A stretch of 64,000 nt of DNA from a virus (IMGVR_UViG_3300022824_000016:1-64000), one strand, 5' to 3'; numbered from the stretch's first letter, positions 1 to 10,341 are shown. Made by a program: numbers and translations. Notes: generated from the letters alone by a model not told the origin.

Positions 1-985
1 AGACGTTGCTTTCACTACATTTCCTGAACCTGTTGTCGCAAGATTACCGAGAACTCCTGCGTTGTCATACAAAATATATCCTGTCGTGCCGTTCGAAACT
101 GATGTTGTTCCTACAGTGATGCTTGCAGACACCGCCGTTACTGTGCAGCTGCCTCCCAATGTACAAGTTTGGCTATTAACTGTAGTTGAAGTGTTAACAA
201 GATCAGCATTCGTTACAAGCCCTGTTGCTGTGAACGAAGAAGTAACAGTCAAATTAGAAATCGAAGGAGACGTTGCTTCCACTACATTTCCTGAACCTGT
301 TGTCGCAAGATTACCGAGAACTCCTGCGTTGTCATACAAAATATATCCTGTCGTGCCGTTCGAAACTGATGTTGTTCCTACAGTGATGCTTGAAGACGCC
401 GCCGTTACTGTGCAACTTCCTCCCAATGTACAAGTTTGGCTATTAACTGTAGTTGAAGTGTTAACAAGAGCAGCATTCGTTACAAGCCCTGTTGCTGTGA
501 ACGAAGAAGTAACAGTTAAATCGGAAATGGAAGGAGACGTTGCTTCCACTACATTTCCTGAACCTGTTGTCGCAAGATTGCCAAGTAATCCACTATTGTC
601 ATATAAAATATATCCTGTTGTGCCGCTCGAAACTGTTGTCGTTCCCACTGTAATTCCAGTAGCTGCCGCCGTAACTGTGCAGCTACCACCCAGCGTGCAG
701 GTTTGGCCATTCACTGTAGTTGAAGTGTTAACAAGATCGGCATTCGTGACCAGTCCCGTCGCCGTGAATGAAGAATAAACAGTCAGATTGGAAATGAATG
801 GCGAAGTTGCTAATACCGCACTCCCAGATCCAGTCGTTACAAGATTACCGAGCACTCCTGCGTTGTCATACAAAATGTATCCGCTGGTTCCGTTGCTTAC
901 CGTCGTTGTACCTACTACAATATCAGCGCCTGTTGCTGTAATTGTGCAACTGCTACCCAGCGTACAGATTTGACCATTCACTGTA
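1..985. repeat. Tandem 267-bp (89-codon) repeats, about 3.7 units
   Basis: Unit anchor AGACGTTGCT at 1, 268 and 535, and CGAAGTTGCT at 802; period exactly 267. Confidence 0.95.
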
Positions 986-1587
986 GTAAAATCGTAAGAA
1001 AGTGCTGCAATGGGAATAGTTGTACTGGCAGTTACAGCACTGCTGCTATTGGCATAAAGATACCCTGTCAAACCTGTGATGGTAATACCAGGCAAAATTA
1101 AATTCCCGGTCATTGTGCCACCAGTCAGACTTAATTTGGCATTGAGTGCTGTCTGCAAATCTGTTTGATTACTAAGAATCCCTGCAATTTGACCCCATAC
1201 GGCACCGGCAATTTGCGATTGAGGATACAAGCCCGTCATAGTGAGTGAAGAAGGATAGGTGTTGGGAGAAATACCTCCACTTAGCACCACATCATAACCT
1301 TGATTCGCTGCTGCAAAAAAAAGCCACGCACCTTTTGATGTAGCTGTAAATGGATTTGACAAAGGTGTTTCCGAAGTATCAGCATAAATTGTTGCAAGCG
1401 TTGTTGTTCCAGTCGAATAAACTGTTACTGTGCAACTCGGAATAATTCCCTGCTGATAATTACTTGAATGCAACCCCGATGTTACTGTTTGAATGCCACC
1501 AAGAACGCAATAATTCGTAATCGCTGCGATCTGCGAGAATGCCGTGCCAGAAAACAAAATCGGCAAAATCAGTAGCCACTTTTTCAT
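1..1587 (-). CDS. Tail-fibre/adhesin-like repeat protein with N-terminal signal peptide; runs off the left edge (missing from the ORF track)
   Basis: Manual translation from ATG 1587: MKKWLLILPILFSGTAFS|QIAAITNYCVLGG...; fibre-type motifs WGQIAGILSNQTDLQTALNAKL and LSLTGGTMTG; 89-aa Thr/Gly/Ser repeats; no stop seen down to base 1. Confidence 0.8.
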   Translation of the reverse strand, partial: MKKWLLILPILFSGTAFSQIAAITNYCVLGGIQTVTSGLHSSNYQQGIIPSCTVTVYSTGTTTLATIYADTSETPLSNPFTATSKGAWLFFAAANQGYDVVLSGGISPNTYPSSLTMTGLYPQSQIAGAVWGQIAGILSNQTDLQTALNAKLSLTGGTMTGNLILPGITITGLTGYLYANSSSAVTASTTIPIAALSYDFTTVNGQICTLGSSCTITATGADIVVGTTTVSNGTSGYILYDNAGVLGNLVTTGSGSAVLATSPFISNLTVYSSFTATGLVTNADLVNTSTTVNGQTCTLGGSCTVTAAATGITVGTTTVSSGTTGYILYDNSGLLGNLATTGSGNVVEATSPSISDLTVTSSFTATGLVTNAALVNTSTTVNSQTCTLGGSCTVTAASSSITVGTTSVSNGTTGYILYDNAGVLGNLATTGSGNVVEATSPSISNLTVTSSFTATGLVTNADLVNTSTTVNSQTCTLGGSCTVTAVSASITVGTTSVSNGTTGYILYDNAGVLGNLATTGSGNVVKATS

Positions 1588-1606
1588 CGCTTTATCCTGT
1601 TTGTTC

Positions 1607-2239
1607 CTAGTTGCTCGGAATGTGTCGTACCAGCGTGACCGGCGATGGATAAGTATTTGGAGAAATACCACCGCTCAGCACAATGTCATAGGTTTGACCA
1701 GTAGCAGCGTAGAAGAGCCATTGACCAGCATTCGTGGCAGTAAATGGATTACTCAGCGTGTCATCAGAAGCATCGGAATAAAGCGTTGCTAATGCTGGTG
1801 TCATAGCAGCAGAGATCGTTGCTGTCCCTGAGCACGTTGCCGTGCCGCTTGAAAATGTCGCCGTTGTTGGGGTTGTAGAATAAACACCAATTGGTTCGGG
1901 AATAGTAAAAGACGTGCCGCTCAAAATTGAGTTGGTTCCGGTAAGCGCAATTGTTCCTGTGCCATTAGTCGTTCCGCCGAGAAAGGTTGCTGTGCAGGTT
2001 TGCCCAGTGGTTCCGGTCACAACACCACCGTTTAGATAGGTTGCATTTTGCACAGAATACAGAGAGTCAAGATAAACAGTAACTGTGCATTGCGAAATAA
2101 TTCCCTGCATATAGTTACTTGATTTCAAACCGGAAACAGAAGCTTGTACTGCTCCCAAAACACAAAAATCGTTAATCACCGATGTCTGCGAAAACATCGG
2201 CACGGCAAACAAAAACAAAAACCATGCAATCTTTTTCAT
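1607..2239 (-). CDS. Signal-peptide protein, paralog of the N-terminal domain of the 1587 gene
   Basis: MKKIAWFLFLFAVPMFS|Q; shares CVLG..SGL.SSNY.QGII..CTVTVY and LSNPFTAT..G.WLF.AA..Q.YD.VLSGGISPNTYPS with the downstream gene. Confidence 0.8.
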   Translation of the reverse strand: MKKIAWFLFLFAVPMFSQTSVINDFCVLGAVQASVSGLKSSNYMQGIISQCTVTVYLDSLYSVQNATYLNGGVVTGTTGQTCTATFLGGTTNGTGTIALTGTNSILSGTSFTIPEPIGVYSTTPTTATFSSGTATCSGTATISAAMTPALATLYSDASDDTLSNPFTATNAGQWLFYAATGQTYDIVLSGGISPNTYPSPVTLVRHIPSN

Positions 2240-2264
2240 TTCTCACCTTCTTAACGAAGCCATC

Positions 2265-5200
2265 TTAGTGAACTCTTCGTGCCACAATGCTTCCATCCGC
2301 ATTCAATGTTCCTGCGTTGAAAGTTCCTGTCGCTACCAGACAGTAAGTAGTCGTTGTTGAGATGAGTGCCTGTTGTATTGAAACTGAAGAACCAAAGTTT
2401 GCAGAACTCGCTGTCAAAACAGGAGGATTTAGATATACTTCCTGCCCGGTTGTTACCTGGGAAGGTGATGAACATCCTGTACCGCTGTTGATACTCAACT
2501 CAAAAGTATTGCCCACAGCAACCGTAGCCGAAGTCGCGAGAAAATTTCCGGATGCCGAAACATTCCAATCACCTGCTGTCAAGGAAATGGAAGCAACTAC
2601 AGCCGGTGTTGCATTTGTAAGCGTGACAGCCGAACCGGAAGGAACCAGAGACTGGATAATCTGTCCAATGTATCCGGTCGATGCGGCTACTCCATCTACC
2701 TCTCCATAGATATTGACTTTGCTTCCGCTCGTCGAGTTACCCACCGTCACTGTTTTTGCGTTTGCATTAGTGCCAATATTGACCGCACCAGTTGTACCGC
2801 TATCTAATGTGACTGTGCCGGTTGTGCCGGATTGAACGGTCAAAGCAGTGGTGGCAAGAGACGTAATTGAACCCAGAAAGTTCGTCGGCCCCTGGTATCC
2901 GGCGATCAGTGTGCAATTGGTAATTGGCGCAAGATTAAAGCCGTAGGCGACATAGGTGGTCGTGCCGGATACGCAAGCTACGCCTGTTCCTGTACCGGTA
3001 ATCAAGCCGCTAAGCGCATGGAGCGTTGAGACGGTATTGGCCGTTGGCAGGTAAATATTGGCTGTCCCTGCCACGGTGCTCAACAGACCGCCGTTGAGCA
3101 GCAATTGCCCACCCACAGTCATATCGATGTTGTAGCCGCTCGTCTTCGTAATGTTTGGGTTATAAAGTGCCAGCGTTGCACTTGTGCCACCGGACTTGAT
3201 TCCCATGCTGCCGGTCAGAGCCTCGCCGTAAAGCAGACCATTTACTGTTAGAGTATTGCTATTGCCGCTTAGATTTACGCCGTACATGTGACTATAACAA
3301 CCCGAACCCAGCACTACATTACCGCCACTGTAACTGCCTCCATGCCGTTCACTGCGCTGCTGACTAGAACAGGTCGAATAGGTGACATTTCCGACAGTGT
3401 TTAGATCGTAGATGGTCATCGGAATTGAATTGGTCGTAACTCCGCCACTGAAAGTCCAGGTTGAATTGTTCCCGTAGATAATTGTTGGAATCGCGGGAAA
3501 CGTCGCCGCAGCGGACATTGAATAGGCTGAATTGGGACTACTCCAGATTGAAACAAGTCCTGTGCTGGGAACAGCCGCAGCCAGCGCAGTAAGCGTCTGG
3601 TAAGGGCGCTCAATAGTACCGTCAGCCGTATAGCTATCTGTGCGATTGCCGTCCAAAGTTAGCATTGATGTATCTGTTGCCGGATAAACAAATGCGGTTG
3701 TGCTGGCCGCTGTTTGATAAGGCTGGGCACCTGCAGAGCCACCAGATAATGCAGACACAGGACCTACAACGCTTTTAGCGTGCAGCACAGCATTTGGTGT
3801 ACTACTACCCAAGTAAATGTCTGTAACTGAACTATTGCCAATGACAGCCGTATTAGATCCTGCGCCTGTTACGCCTTGACCGATGACGATCTCGTTACTG
3901 TCCCCTGCGGCTGATACAGCGGTGCCAGCTCCCAAACATAATAGGTTGCTTCCAGTCGTTGCATTTGAACAGGAATTGGAACCATATACAGAGTTTGAAT
4001 TACCCGAAGTTAATGCCAGACCAGCATACAATCCTACGCCTGTGTTGCTATATGAAGATTCACTTTGTAAAGCCGCAGATCCGATACCGACATTACCGTA
4101 TCCACTAAACGGATTTGCTGCTGATAGTACAGATGCCCCAAGCGCTAAATTGTCGTGACAGGTTGTGCAATACAACCCAGCATAAGTTCCTCCCATAAAA
4201 TTGTTGTATGCTGTAGTTGATGTGCTCATAACTGACGGGCCAATAGCTATGTTATTGTTGCCCGTGGTTGTAGTTGGAAGTGCCTGGAATCCAATGGAAT
4301 AATTTTGGTTCCACGCATTGATTGCAAGAGGCACATTTCCGGCATTGTAATGCACTATCGTATCGTTATAAGTTTCAAAAACCCCAAACATTGCACTATC
4401 GCCCAGAGAAGGCATTGCATTGTATAATCCCGAAAAACGATTAAACGTATATGCCGCTGGTAATGCAGCTAAAATACAATTATGGGAACAGTAAAAATCG
4501 TTATTGTTGACATTTTCTAAAATCTGAATGTCGTTTGTGTTTCCAGCAGTAGTAACTATCCCAAAGTCGCTAAATACAACATATTCACCAACAGACAAAC
4601 CATATAGATCACCACCTTCAATATCAGAATCGCGCATACTTAGAGCAACTACATTGTACGGATACGTGCCCACAACAGAAATAACCGTTCCTGTCCCATC
4701 TGCACCGACTGAACTGTCCTGTACGTGTAGTCGGTTGAATGTCACGTTGTTCAGTTCGCCCACGAGAGATTCCACTAGCATAGATGGAATCGTGCTATTT
4801 CCATTTGCTACACTTTTTGGATATGCCCGTATATAAATGTCATTAAGTGTCAAATTTCCATAGTCATTGCCAGAGGTATTATTGTTAATCAGGTTCAGTC
4901 CGGTATTTATATTATATGCAAACAGTCGATCAGCCTGAATATCTTGAACATTAACAAAGTTCCATGCTCCCGATGTACCATTCACAGTCGTACTACCAAT
5001 CGCATATAAATCACTGAACCTTGAAAACGCCGCCCCTACGATTTGCGCACCACCTAAACTAATTGCATAATTCGTGTAGTTTGTAAAAGCGGCATTTAAA
5101 ATTCCAGCACCACGAATGTTAGAACCTGTAAAGCAGGTGGTAATTCCAGCACAATCAAAAACGGTTCCACCATTCAAAATCATGTTAAGATCAGGCATAC

Positions 5201-5861
5201 TTCCGGAAACAACTTCCATCCTTGGAAGTACACCCTGCACAGTGACACCACTGCACATACTTATCGTGCTAGGAATGGAATACGTCTGCGAGTGTGCAAG
5301 TAATATAACGGCACTCCCCGCACCCGTATTGTTTGTGCCTGCGTAACTACAGGCTGCCGTGTAGGCCGCAGTAAAGTTGGCGTAGTAATTTGCATCGATA
5401 GTCAGCGTGCCGCTGTCAATTCCAAGGTTTGTGCGTGCACCTGCTACCGTCGTGGCGCTTGTGCCCCCATTTGCTATGGGAATATCAGAAACCCACGAAG
5501 GGGCCGCCCCAGATGAACCGTTTCCAGTCTCGGAGAGAAACTCTAAAGAAGATGATGTATTCGGAGCCAGCATGGATGTGACGCTTACTGCGCTCTGATA
5601 TGGAATTGACCCCAAAACGCCGCCAGATAATCCGCTGGAAATTCCGCCAATAAACGCAGTATAGGTACCACCATTGCAGTAATAAGGAGTCCATGTCGTC
5701 GTCAATGTAAAGATGGCACTTCCACTACACGAGGATGGGAGCGTTGCACCAGATTGAAACGACGTTGCCGTATAATTTCCAACAATAATCTGTCCATTCA
5801 TTACGGTGGCCAAAACTCCTAGTCCAAACATCGTCGATAAAAATGCAATCAGTTTTTTCAT
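2265..5861 (-). CDS. Large tail-fibre/tailspike-like protein (beta-helix, N-x-A-x-G repeats) with signal peptide
   Basis: 1198 aa, rich in Ser/Thr/Gly/Asn; NNIAIG/NVGIG/NTGVG repeats; C-terminal ...ISLTAGDWNV...ARRVH like phage fibre C-termini; N-terminus MKKLIAFLSTMFGLGVLATVMNG|Q. Confidence 0.75.
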   Translation of the reverse strand: MKKLIAFLSTMFGLGVLATVMNGQIIVGNYTATSFQSGATLPSSCSGSAIFTLTTTWTPYYCNGGTYTAFIGGISSGLSGGVLGSIPYQSAVSVTSMLAPNTSSSLEFLSETGNGSSGAAPSWVSDIPIANGGTSATTVAGARTNLGIDSGTLTIDANYYANFTAAYTAACSYAGTNNTGAGSAVILLAHSQTYSIPSTISMCSGVTVQGVLPRMEVVSGSMPDLNMILNGGTVFDCAGITTCFTGSNIRGAGILNAAFTNYTNYAISLGGAQIVGAAFSRFSDLYAIGSTTVNGTSGAWNFVNVQDIQADRLFAYNINTGLNLINNNTSGNDYGNLTLNDIYIRAYPKSVANGNSTIPSMLVESLVGELNNVTFNRLHVQDSSVGADGTGTVISVVGTYPYNVVALSMRDSDIEGGDLYGLSVGEYVVFSDFGIVTTAGNTNDIQILENVNNNDFYCSHNCILAALPAAYTFNRFSGLYNAMPSLGDSAMFGVFETYNDTIVHYNAGNVPLAINAWNQNYSIGFQALPTTTTGNNNIAIGPSVMSTSTTAYNNFMGGTYAGLYCTTCHDNLALGASVLSAANPFSGYGNVGIGSAALQSESSYSNTGVGLYAGLALTSGNSNSVYGSNSCSNATTGSNLLCLGAGTAVSAAGDSNEIVIGQGVTGAGSNTAVIGNSSVTDIYLGSSTPNAVLHAKSVVGPVSALSGGSAGAQPYQTAASTTAFVYPATDTSMLTLDGNRTDSYTADGTIERPYQTLTALAAAVPSTGLVSIWSSPNSAYSMSAAATFPAIPTIIYGNNSTWTFSGGVTTNSIPMTIYDLNTVGNVTYSTCSSQQRSERHGGSYSGGNVVLGSGCYSHMYGVNLSGNSNTLTVNGLLYGEALTGSMGIKSGGTSATLALYNPNITKTSGYNIDMTVGGQLLLNGGLLSTVAGTANIYLPTANTVSTLHALSGLITGTGTGVACVSGTTTYVAYGFNLAPITNCTLIAGYQGPTNFLGSITSLATTALTVQSGTTGTVTLDSGTTGAVNIGTNANAKTVTVGNSTSGSKVNIYGEVDGVAASTGYIGQIIQSLVPSGSAVTLTNATPAVVASISLTAGDWNVSASGNFLATSATVAVGNTFELSINSGTGCSSPSQVTTGQEVYLNPPVLTASSANFGSSVSIQQALISTTTTYCLVATGTFNAGTLNADGSIVARRVH

Positions 5862-5865
5862 CGTC

Positions 5866-6243
5866 TTACCTCGTCAACAGCACAGATATGTTCACGGAGT
5901 TGGTTAACGTAACAAGTTTGACGCGCACATATTTCGTATAAAACGATGGCAATTCTATCCGCGTTACATACGAAGCATTCAAACCGGCAGTAATCGCATC
6001 AACCGTTACGTAATGCGAATCCTGATCGATGTCTGCATCTTGAAGATCGACCTCAAAAGCGCCTGGATTTCCGCTAAAAAAAATCTCAAGCGAAATGCCC
6101 CACGGATAAAACGAGCGGTTGACTCTCTCAACCTGACAAGCAATGCTTGCCGTTCCTGCTCTAACCGATTCGTTGTTCCACAAATACAGTTGCTGATTGT
6201 CGCGAATTAAAATTGCCTGCGATGATCCTGGATAGCCCGGCAT
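5866..6243 (-). CDS. Hypothetical virion protein
   Basis: ORF 5866..6300 restarted at ATG 6243 (GGGGAG RBS, abuts the upstream stop). Confidence 0.6.
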   Translation of the reverse strand: MPGYPGSSQAILIRDNQQLYLWNNESVRAGTASIACQVERVNRSFYPWGISLEIFFSGNPGAFEVDLQDADIDQDSHYVTVDAITAGLNASYVTRIELPSFYTKYVRVKLVTLTNSVNISVLLTR

Positions 6244-6244
6244 C

Positions 6245-7258
6245 TTATGCTCCCCATCCGCCAACATTGAGTTGGCCTTCCACCGTGGCATATGGTTCAC
6301 CGAATGCAGACGGGAATCTCTGCATTTTGGTGAAATACAAATCCACCAGATTTCTGTCCATGTTGCGAATCAGCTTCAGACGGTTGTCATATTCGGCGCG
6401 CGCGGCCTGCATAAGAAATTGCCAGTTTGCTCCGGCTCCGCGTTCCATCTCATCGCCCTTCTGCGATTCCTTCCACAGATAAAGCATTTCGTAGGCGCGC
6501 AATTTGACTAACTCTTCTGTCAATGGAAATGGCAAAGTATCAGAAGAATTGACCAGCGTTGGCCAATTTACCTGGCAACCGAAGGTGTAGGGCAATTGTG
6601 TAATCGGATGCGGCCACAGTTCAAAGAGCATTTGTCCATAGGTCGCGCTTCCGGTACGTGTATCCACTCGGTAAGGAACCACATAGAGCGGTTCATCAAA
6701 ATCCGTTCGTTCTGCATCTTCATTTGAAAGATCTATTTCTGTTTTGCTCCACCAATCCATCGAATTGTTATTGGTGGTATCGCGAATGTTGTACCAGCGT
6801 TTGAAGCCAGATGGAGCCGGGAAATATGCCTGGTACGCCATATAACCCGCTTTGGTCTGCGCCGGTTCCATCCATGGACGATCAATCGTCAGCACTACAG
6901 CAGAAGTATTTGTGGCATCTAGCGCAATGACGCTGTAAAGCGAATAATACGGAACGCGAATTTGATATTGCGTGATCAACGGGGGATTTGTGATCGTTGC
7001 GATCCACGCAGCGGAAGCTGTGGCATCGCCGGTGATTGTGTCTGTAAATGGCGTGACGGTAATCTTACCTGGACTAAGAAACTCTATCGATGGACCACCC
7101 AACAATCCGGGCGTCAACCAGCCACCATCCTGCAGTTGAAAGCTCCAGACATTTTCGTTCTGAATCGTAGCCAATGATTCATTGAGCTTGGTTTTAACCA
7201 AGCCAAGATTGCATCCGGGAATACCGAGCAATTCTTGAATCATGTTGGCAAAAGCCAT
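6245..7258 (-). CDS. Putative head-tail adaptor/virion protein
   Basis: Start MAFANMIQ after AGGAG RBS; position downstream of the capsid genes; function inferred from synteny only. Confidence 0.55.
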   Translation of the reverse strand: MAFANMIQELLGIPGCNLGLVKTKLNESLATIQNENVWSFQLQDGGWLTPGLLGGPSIEFLSPGKITVTPFTDTITGDATASAAWIATITNPPLITQYQIRVPYYSLYSVIALDATNTSAVVLTIDRPWMEPAQTKAGYMAYQAYFPAPSGFKRWYNIRDTTNNNSMDWWSKTEIDLSNEDAERTDFDEPLYVVPYRVDTRTGSATYGQMLFELWPHPITQLPYTFGCQVNWPTLVNSSDTLPFPLTEELVKLRAYEMLYLWKESQKGDEMERGAGANWQFLMQAARAEYDNRLKLIRNMDRNLVDLYFTKMQRFPSAFGEPYATVEGQLNVGGWGA

Positions 7259-7332
7259 ACTTTTCTCCTGACAAAAACGGCTCTGCAGATCGCTCCGCAA
7301 GAGCCGCTAATGTGTCTCCGGGAGAGACTTTG

Positions 7333-7671
7333 TTAAAACTGCCCGACCAACGCTGCAATCTGAAACGTTTTGGTCGAGAGATTTCCACTGGCTTGCCCCC
7401 CAGCAGCCAGGTAGTAATACAGATTCCATGTTTGCCGAGTTCCCGAACCAGATGGTCCAGCAATCGCAAAAATGGTACCGTCGGTTGACATCACGCCGCC
7501 ACAAACTGCGTCGATGTAATAGTTAGGCAAAGCAAGTGAAATTGGATCTTCTGCACCAGCGGTATAAGCTGTTGGTCCGGTACCGATTCCGACGAAAAGT
7601 CCGCGCCGTCCTACAAACTCCGGATAGAGTGCTCCACCACCTGCGCCTTTTCCAAGTGCTGTAAGAATCAT
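7333..7671 (-). CDS. Hypothetical virion protein
   Basis: 112-aa ORF in the structural operon. Confidence 0.6.
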   Translation of the reverse strand: MILTALGKGAGGGALYPEFVGRRGLFVGIGTGPTAYTAGAEDPISLALPNYYIDAVCGGVMSTDGTIFAIAGPSGSGTRQTWNLYYYLAAGGQASGNLSTKTFQIAALVGQF

Positions 7672-7739
7672 TGCCGCTCCTTACTGCAATCGCTCAACAG
7701 TGTGCAGGGATGAACATTACTGTTCATCCCCAACTTCAC

Positions 7740-8546
7740 CTAGTCTTGAACCACCGGCAAATTCAATTGCACCTTGAACAGGTTGTTGGCGCTGCCTGTG
7801 TCAATAGATGTACCAATGGTCGCCAAAGCATAGGTTGTCGATCCGCTTGTGACGAGACCGGTGCTGGCGGAATTTACAAAGTTCCCAGCCGTAATGGATC
7901 CATTCGCGAGACACGATGCGGTTCCGAGTTCCTGAACGAATCCATAATTACCAGGTGTAATGGAATTCAGGTAGACAACTGCTCGCCCGGTCTGAACTGG
8001 GGCCTGATCATAACTGGTCACTTCGTTTGGCGTGGTGTTCAATTGCGCCGCAACAGTTCCAACAGAACCTCCGGTCACCAGAGTGAACGTTGGCACGGAA
8101 GTGAAGCCATAACCGCCCTGCAACACGGTCGCCGAAGTTACCGTGCCACCGGAACCAACAACTACCTGAATCAGTGCACCAGTACCACCGCCACCAGAAG
8201 ATGCAATCTGATAAGTACCAGCAGTCTGACCAGAACCTGCACTGGTAATGACAACCGATTGCACAGTGCTTCCAGAACGCAGATAGCCAATCGTTCCTGT
8301 CTTCACGTAGGCTGCTGTTGCGCCGGAGTCGACATGCACAAAACGATATCGGCCAGCAAACAGAGTGCCGTTGGTCGTGTAAGATCCCTGAAATGCTTCC
8401 TGATTGGTGGCATCAAAGAAATCGCCAAGATTCAGGCCACCTGCCGCAAAAGGCTGACCAGTGCGGAGATCCGTAAGCGCGGTCGGCGACGTGAAGTTTC
8501 CGTTATTCCACGCTAACCATGTAGGTACAATAGGCTGAAATGGCAA
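7740..8546 (-). CDS. Putative capsid decoration/cement protein
   Basis: TTG start after GGAG RBS (MPFQPIVPTW...); rich in Gly/Thr/Ser; directly after the capsid gene and endonuclease. Confidence 0.55.
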   Translation of the reverse strand: MPFQPIVPTWLAWNNGNFTSPTALTDLRTGQPFAAGGLNLGDFFDATNQEAFQGSYTTNGTLFAGRYRFVHVDSGATAAYVKTGTIGYLRSGSTVQSVVITSAGSGQTAGTYQIASSGGGGTGALIQVVVGSGGTVTSATVLQGGYGFTSVPTFTLVTGGSVGTVAAQLNTTPNEVTSYDQAPVQTGRAVVYLNSITPGNYGFVQELGTASCLANGSITAGNFVNSASTGLVTSGSTTYALATIGTSIDTGSANNLFKVQLNLPVVQD

Positions 8547-8547
8547 T

Positions 8548-9099
8548 TTAGTTCTCCTTCTGCGCAAGCTGAATTTCCGTAGCAGCGCTATTGACTAAAT
8601 CCTTGACATCCGACACATTCAACAAATCCCATCGATCTTCCATCGCAGCTGTCTTGTCTTGGCTAATTTTCAACCAATAACTTTTGGCATACGAATTCGA
8701 CTTTGAGATACTGCCCCTGCGCGGAAAATAAATCCGCTTGTTTTTGATCGATGTCGGAATAATCCAAAATCGATCTTCATCAATACCCCACAGCACAAAG
8801 AAATCAGCTACGCTTTGATATGATCTGAATTTTTGCGTTGATTGATGATTTGCTGTTTTTGGGTCATAGATTGCTCTGCGCAAATCAAACGCATAAACGC
8901 CTTCTCTGTACATCGCAGTATTCTGAAAAATCAGGCGAGCACATTTGACCTGAATTTTCAATCCGTTTCCAAGCACTAGGTCGTAACCTTCATCAACGCC
9001 GGGGAACAGTATGTTATGGCCGCACAAAGCCAACTGCGAAGCTGCAGCATAAACGCCAGCTTGGCCAATCAATCGAAAACCTGTTCCGCCACGCGGCAT
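8548..9099 (-). CDS. PD-(D/E)XK family (homing-type) endonuclease
   Basis: Motif G.AG...A..L...G..I.FP..D.GYDLV....KIQVK; GGAGG RBS right after the capsid stop. Confidence 0.75.
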   Translation of the reverse strand: MPRGGTGFRLIGQAGVYAAASQLALCGHNILFPGVDEGYDLVLGNGLKIQVKCARLIFQNTAMYREGVYAFDLRRAIYDPKTANHQSTQKFRSYQSVADFFVLWGIDEDRFWIIPTSIKNKRIYFPRRGSISKSNSYAKSYWLKISQDKTAAMEDRWDLLNVSDVKDLVNSAATEIQLAQKEN

Positions 9100-9108
9100 G
9101 ACTTCCTC

Positions 9109-10341
9109 CTAGGCCGTGAATCCAAATGCATAATCGTTATGCCGCGGCTGGGTATTGTAAAGGTTCGTTCCGAGGCGCATGAAGAGCGCATCGATACTGA
9201 CGTTGTTCGGCATCGGTGCCCGGCGCAGACCAAAGTTCCAGCCTTTCTTATTCGTTGGCCGGATCTTGAAACTTTCTGGCTCAAGGAAGTAGAGAACTTC
9301 CGAAGGCTGAATCGTGGTACTCGAAGGCAGTCCGGAACCAGTAGGCGAAACCGAAACGTTCGCACCGTTTTTGGTAAATTGCGGAGTCGTAAAGGCCACT
9401 GTAGTCGTACTGGACCCAACACCGTCTGCCAGATTGGTATTGCCGGCAGCACCGTTCGCCGGAGCAAGCTCGATGTAGTTCTGGGCCTGAGCTGAAGGTG
9501 CCAGCGGATCGGCATAGATATCGACACCGTTAAAATTGAATCCATCCCACTTGATGTCATGCTTTGTATTGCTGACATCGCGGCGTTGCGCATCCAAAGC
9601 AATCGCAATAGCCTTGAATCCGAATACGTTGGTAATGCCCAGCGTCGGATTGCCACCAGCAACCTTGCACTGACTCCACAACTGCATCAAAGCAGCAAAA
9701 TCGATCTGACCGGTAGCGCCAGTCGAAGTGCCCAGATAAAGTGGTGTGGTATTCAGTGCTGTGCCGATATTGCCATTGCGTGCCTGACCACCATAGTTGG
9801 TGTAAATATTGCCAAAAACAGAGGGGTCGATACCGTTGTTCAACGCTTCATCCAAACCGTTGATGGTCTTGATGCGGTTGTCCTGAACGGTTGACGAAGA
9901 AGGCTGTCCATGGCGGAAAGAATCCATCTCTTGCATGGTGTTCATGGTCATTACCATGGCTTCCATGTAGAGCTGATACTCATCCACAATCCGCGACGGA
10001 CCGGAGTTGATTACACCGCCTGTACCGGAACCATCATCCATTTCCCAATCGTCCAGCGGATACCAGGTGGCATACGCTTTGGGCAGAAACTTAATGCCGG
10101 TATTGATCTGTTGGCGGGTCACGGTCACGGTCTGGCCGGGATTCACTGCGGCACCCTGTGTACGTCCATACAGGATGCCTTCCATCATGCCAGCGCCGCC
10201 CAGGAATTCATCCCACACGCCAGCCCTGCGCAGCTTGGCCTGGAACGGAGTGTCCACGAAAAGGTTATTAAAAACTACATTTTTTCGGACACTTTCCAGG
10301 TTCGAGGCGTCGATTTCATTGTACAATGGGTCGGTAGGCAT
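9109..10341 (-). CDS. Major capsid protein
   Basis: 410 aa; follows a scaffold-like gene; N-terminal pattern NNLF..TPF.A.L....F.GG...EGILYG resembles phage capsid families. Confidence 0.8.
   Translation of the reverse strand: MPTDPLYNEIDASNLESVRKNVVFNNLFVDTPFQAKLRRAGVWDEFLGGAGMMEGILYGRTQGAAVNPGQTVTVTRQQINTGIKFLPKAYATWYPLDDWEMDDGSGTGGVINSGPSRIVDEYQLYMEAMVMTMNTMQEMDSFRHGQPSSSTVQDNRIKTINGLDEALNNGIDPSVFGNIYTNYGGQARNGNIGTALNTTPLYLGTSTGATGQIDFAALMQLWSQCKVAGGNPTLGITNVFGFKAIAIALDAQRRDVSNTKHDIKWDGFNFNGVDIYADPLAPSAQAQNYIELAPANGAAGNTNLADGVGSSTTTVAFTTPQFTKNGANVSVSPTGSGLPSSTTIQPSEVLYFLEPESFKIRPTNKKGWNFGLRRAPMPNNVSIDALFMRLGTNLYNTQPRHNDYAFGFTA

Noticed and set aside
62-973. Plus-strand ORFs 62..778 and 788..973
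   Set aside because: Antisense shadows of the minus-strand repeat protein that starts at 1587
1-985. Diversity-generating retroelement template/variable repeats
   Set aside because: Repeats are tandem, differences are not adenine-specific, and no reverse transcriptase is present
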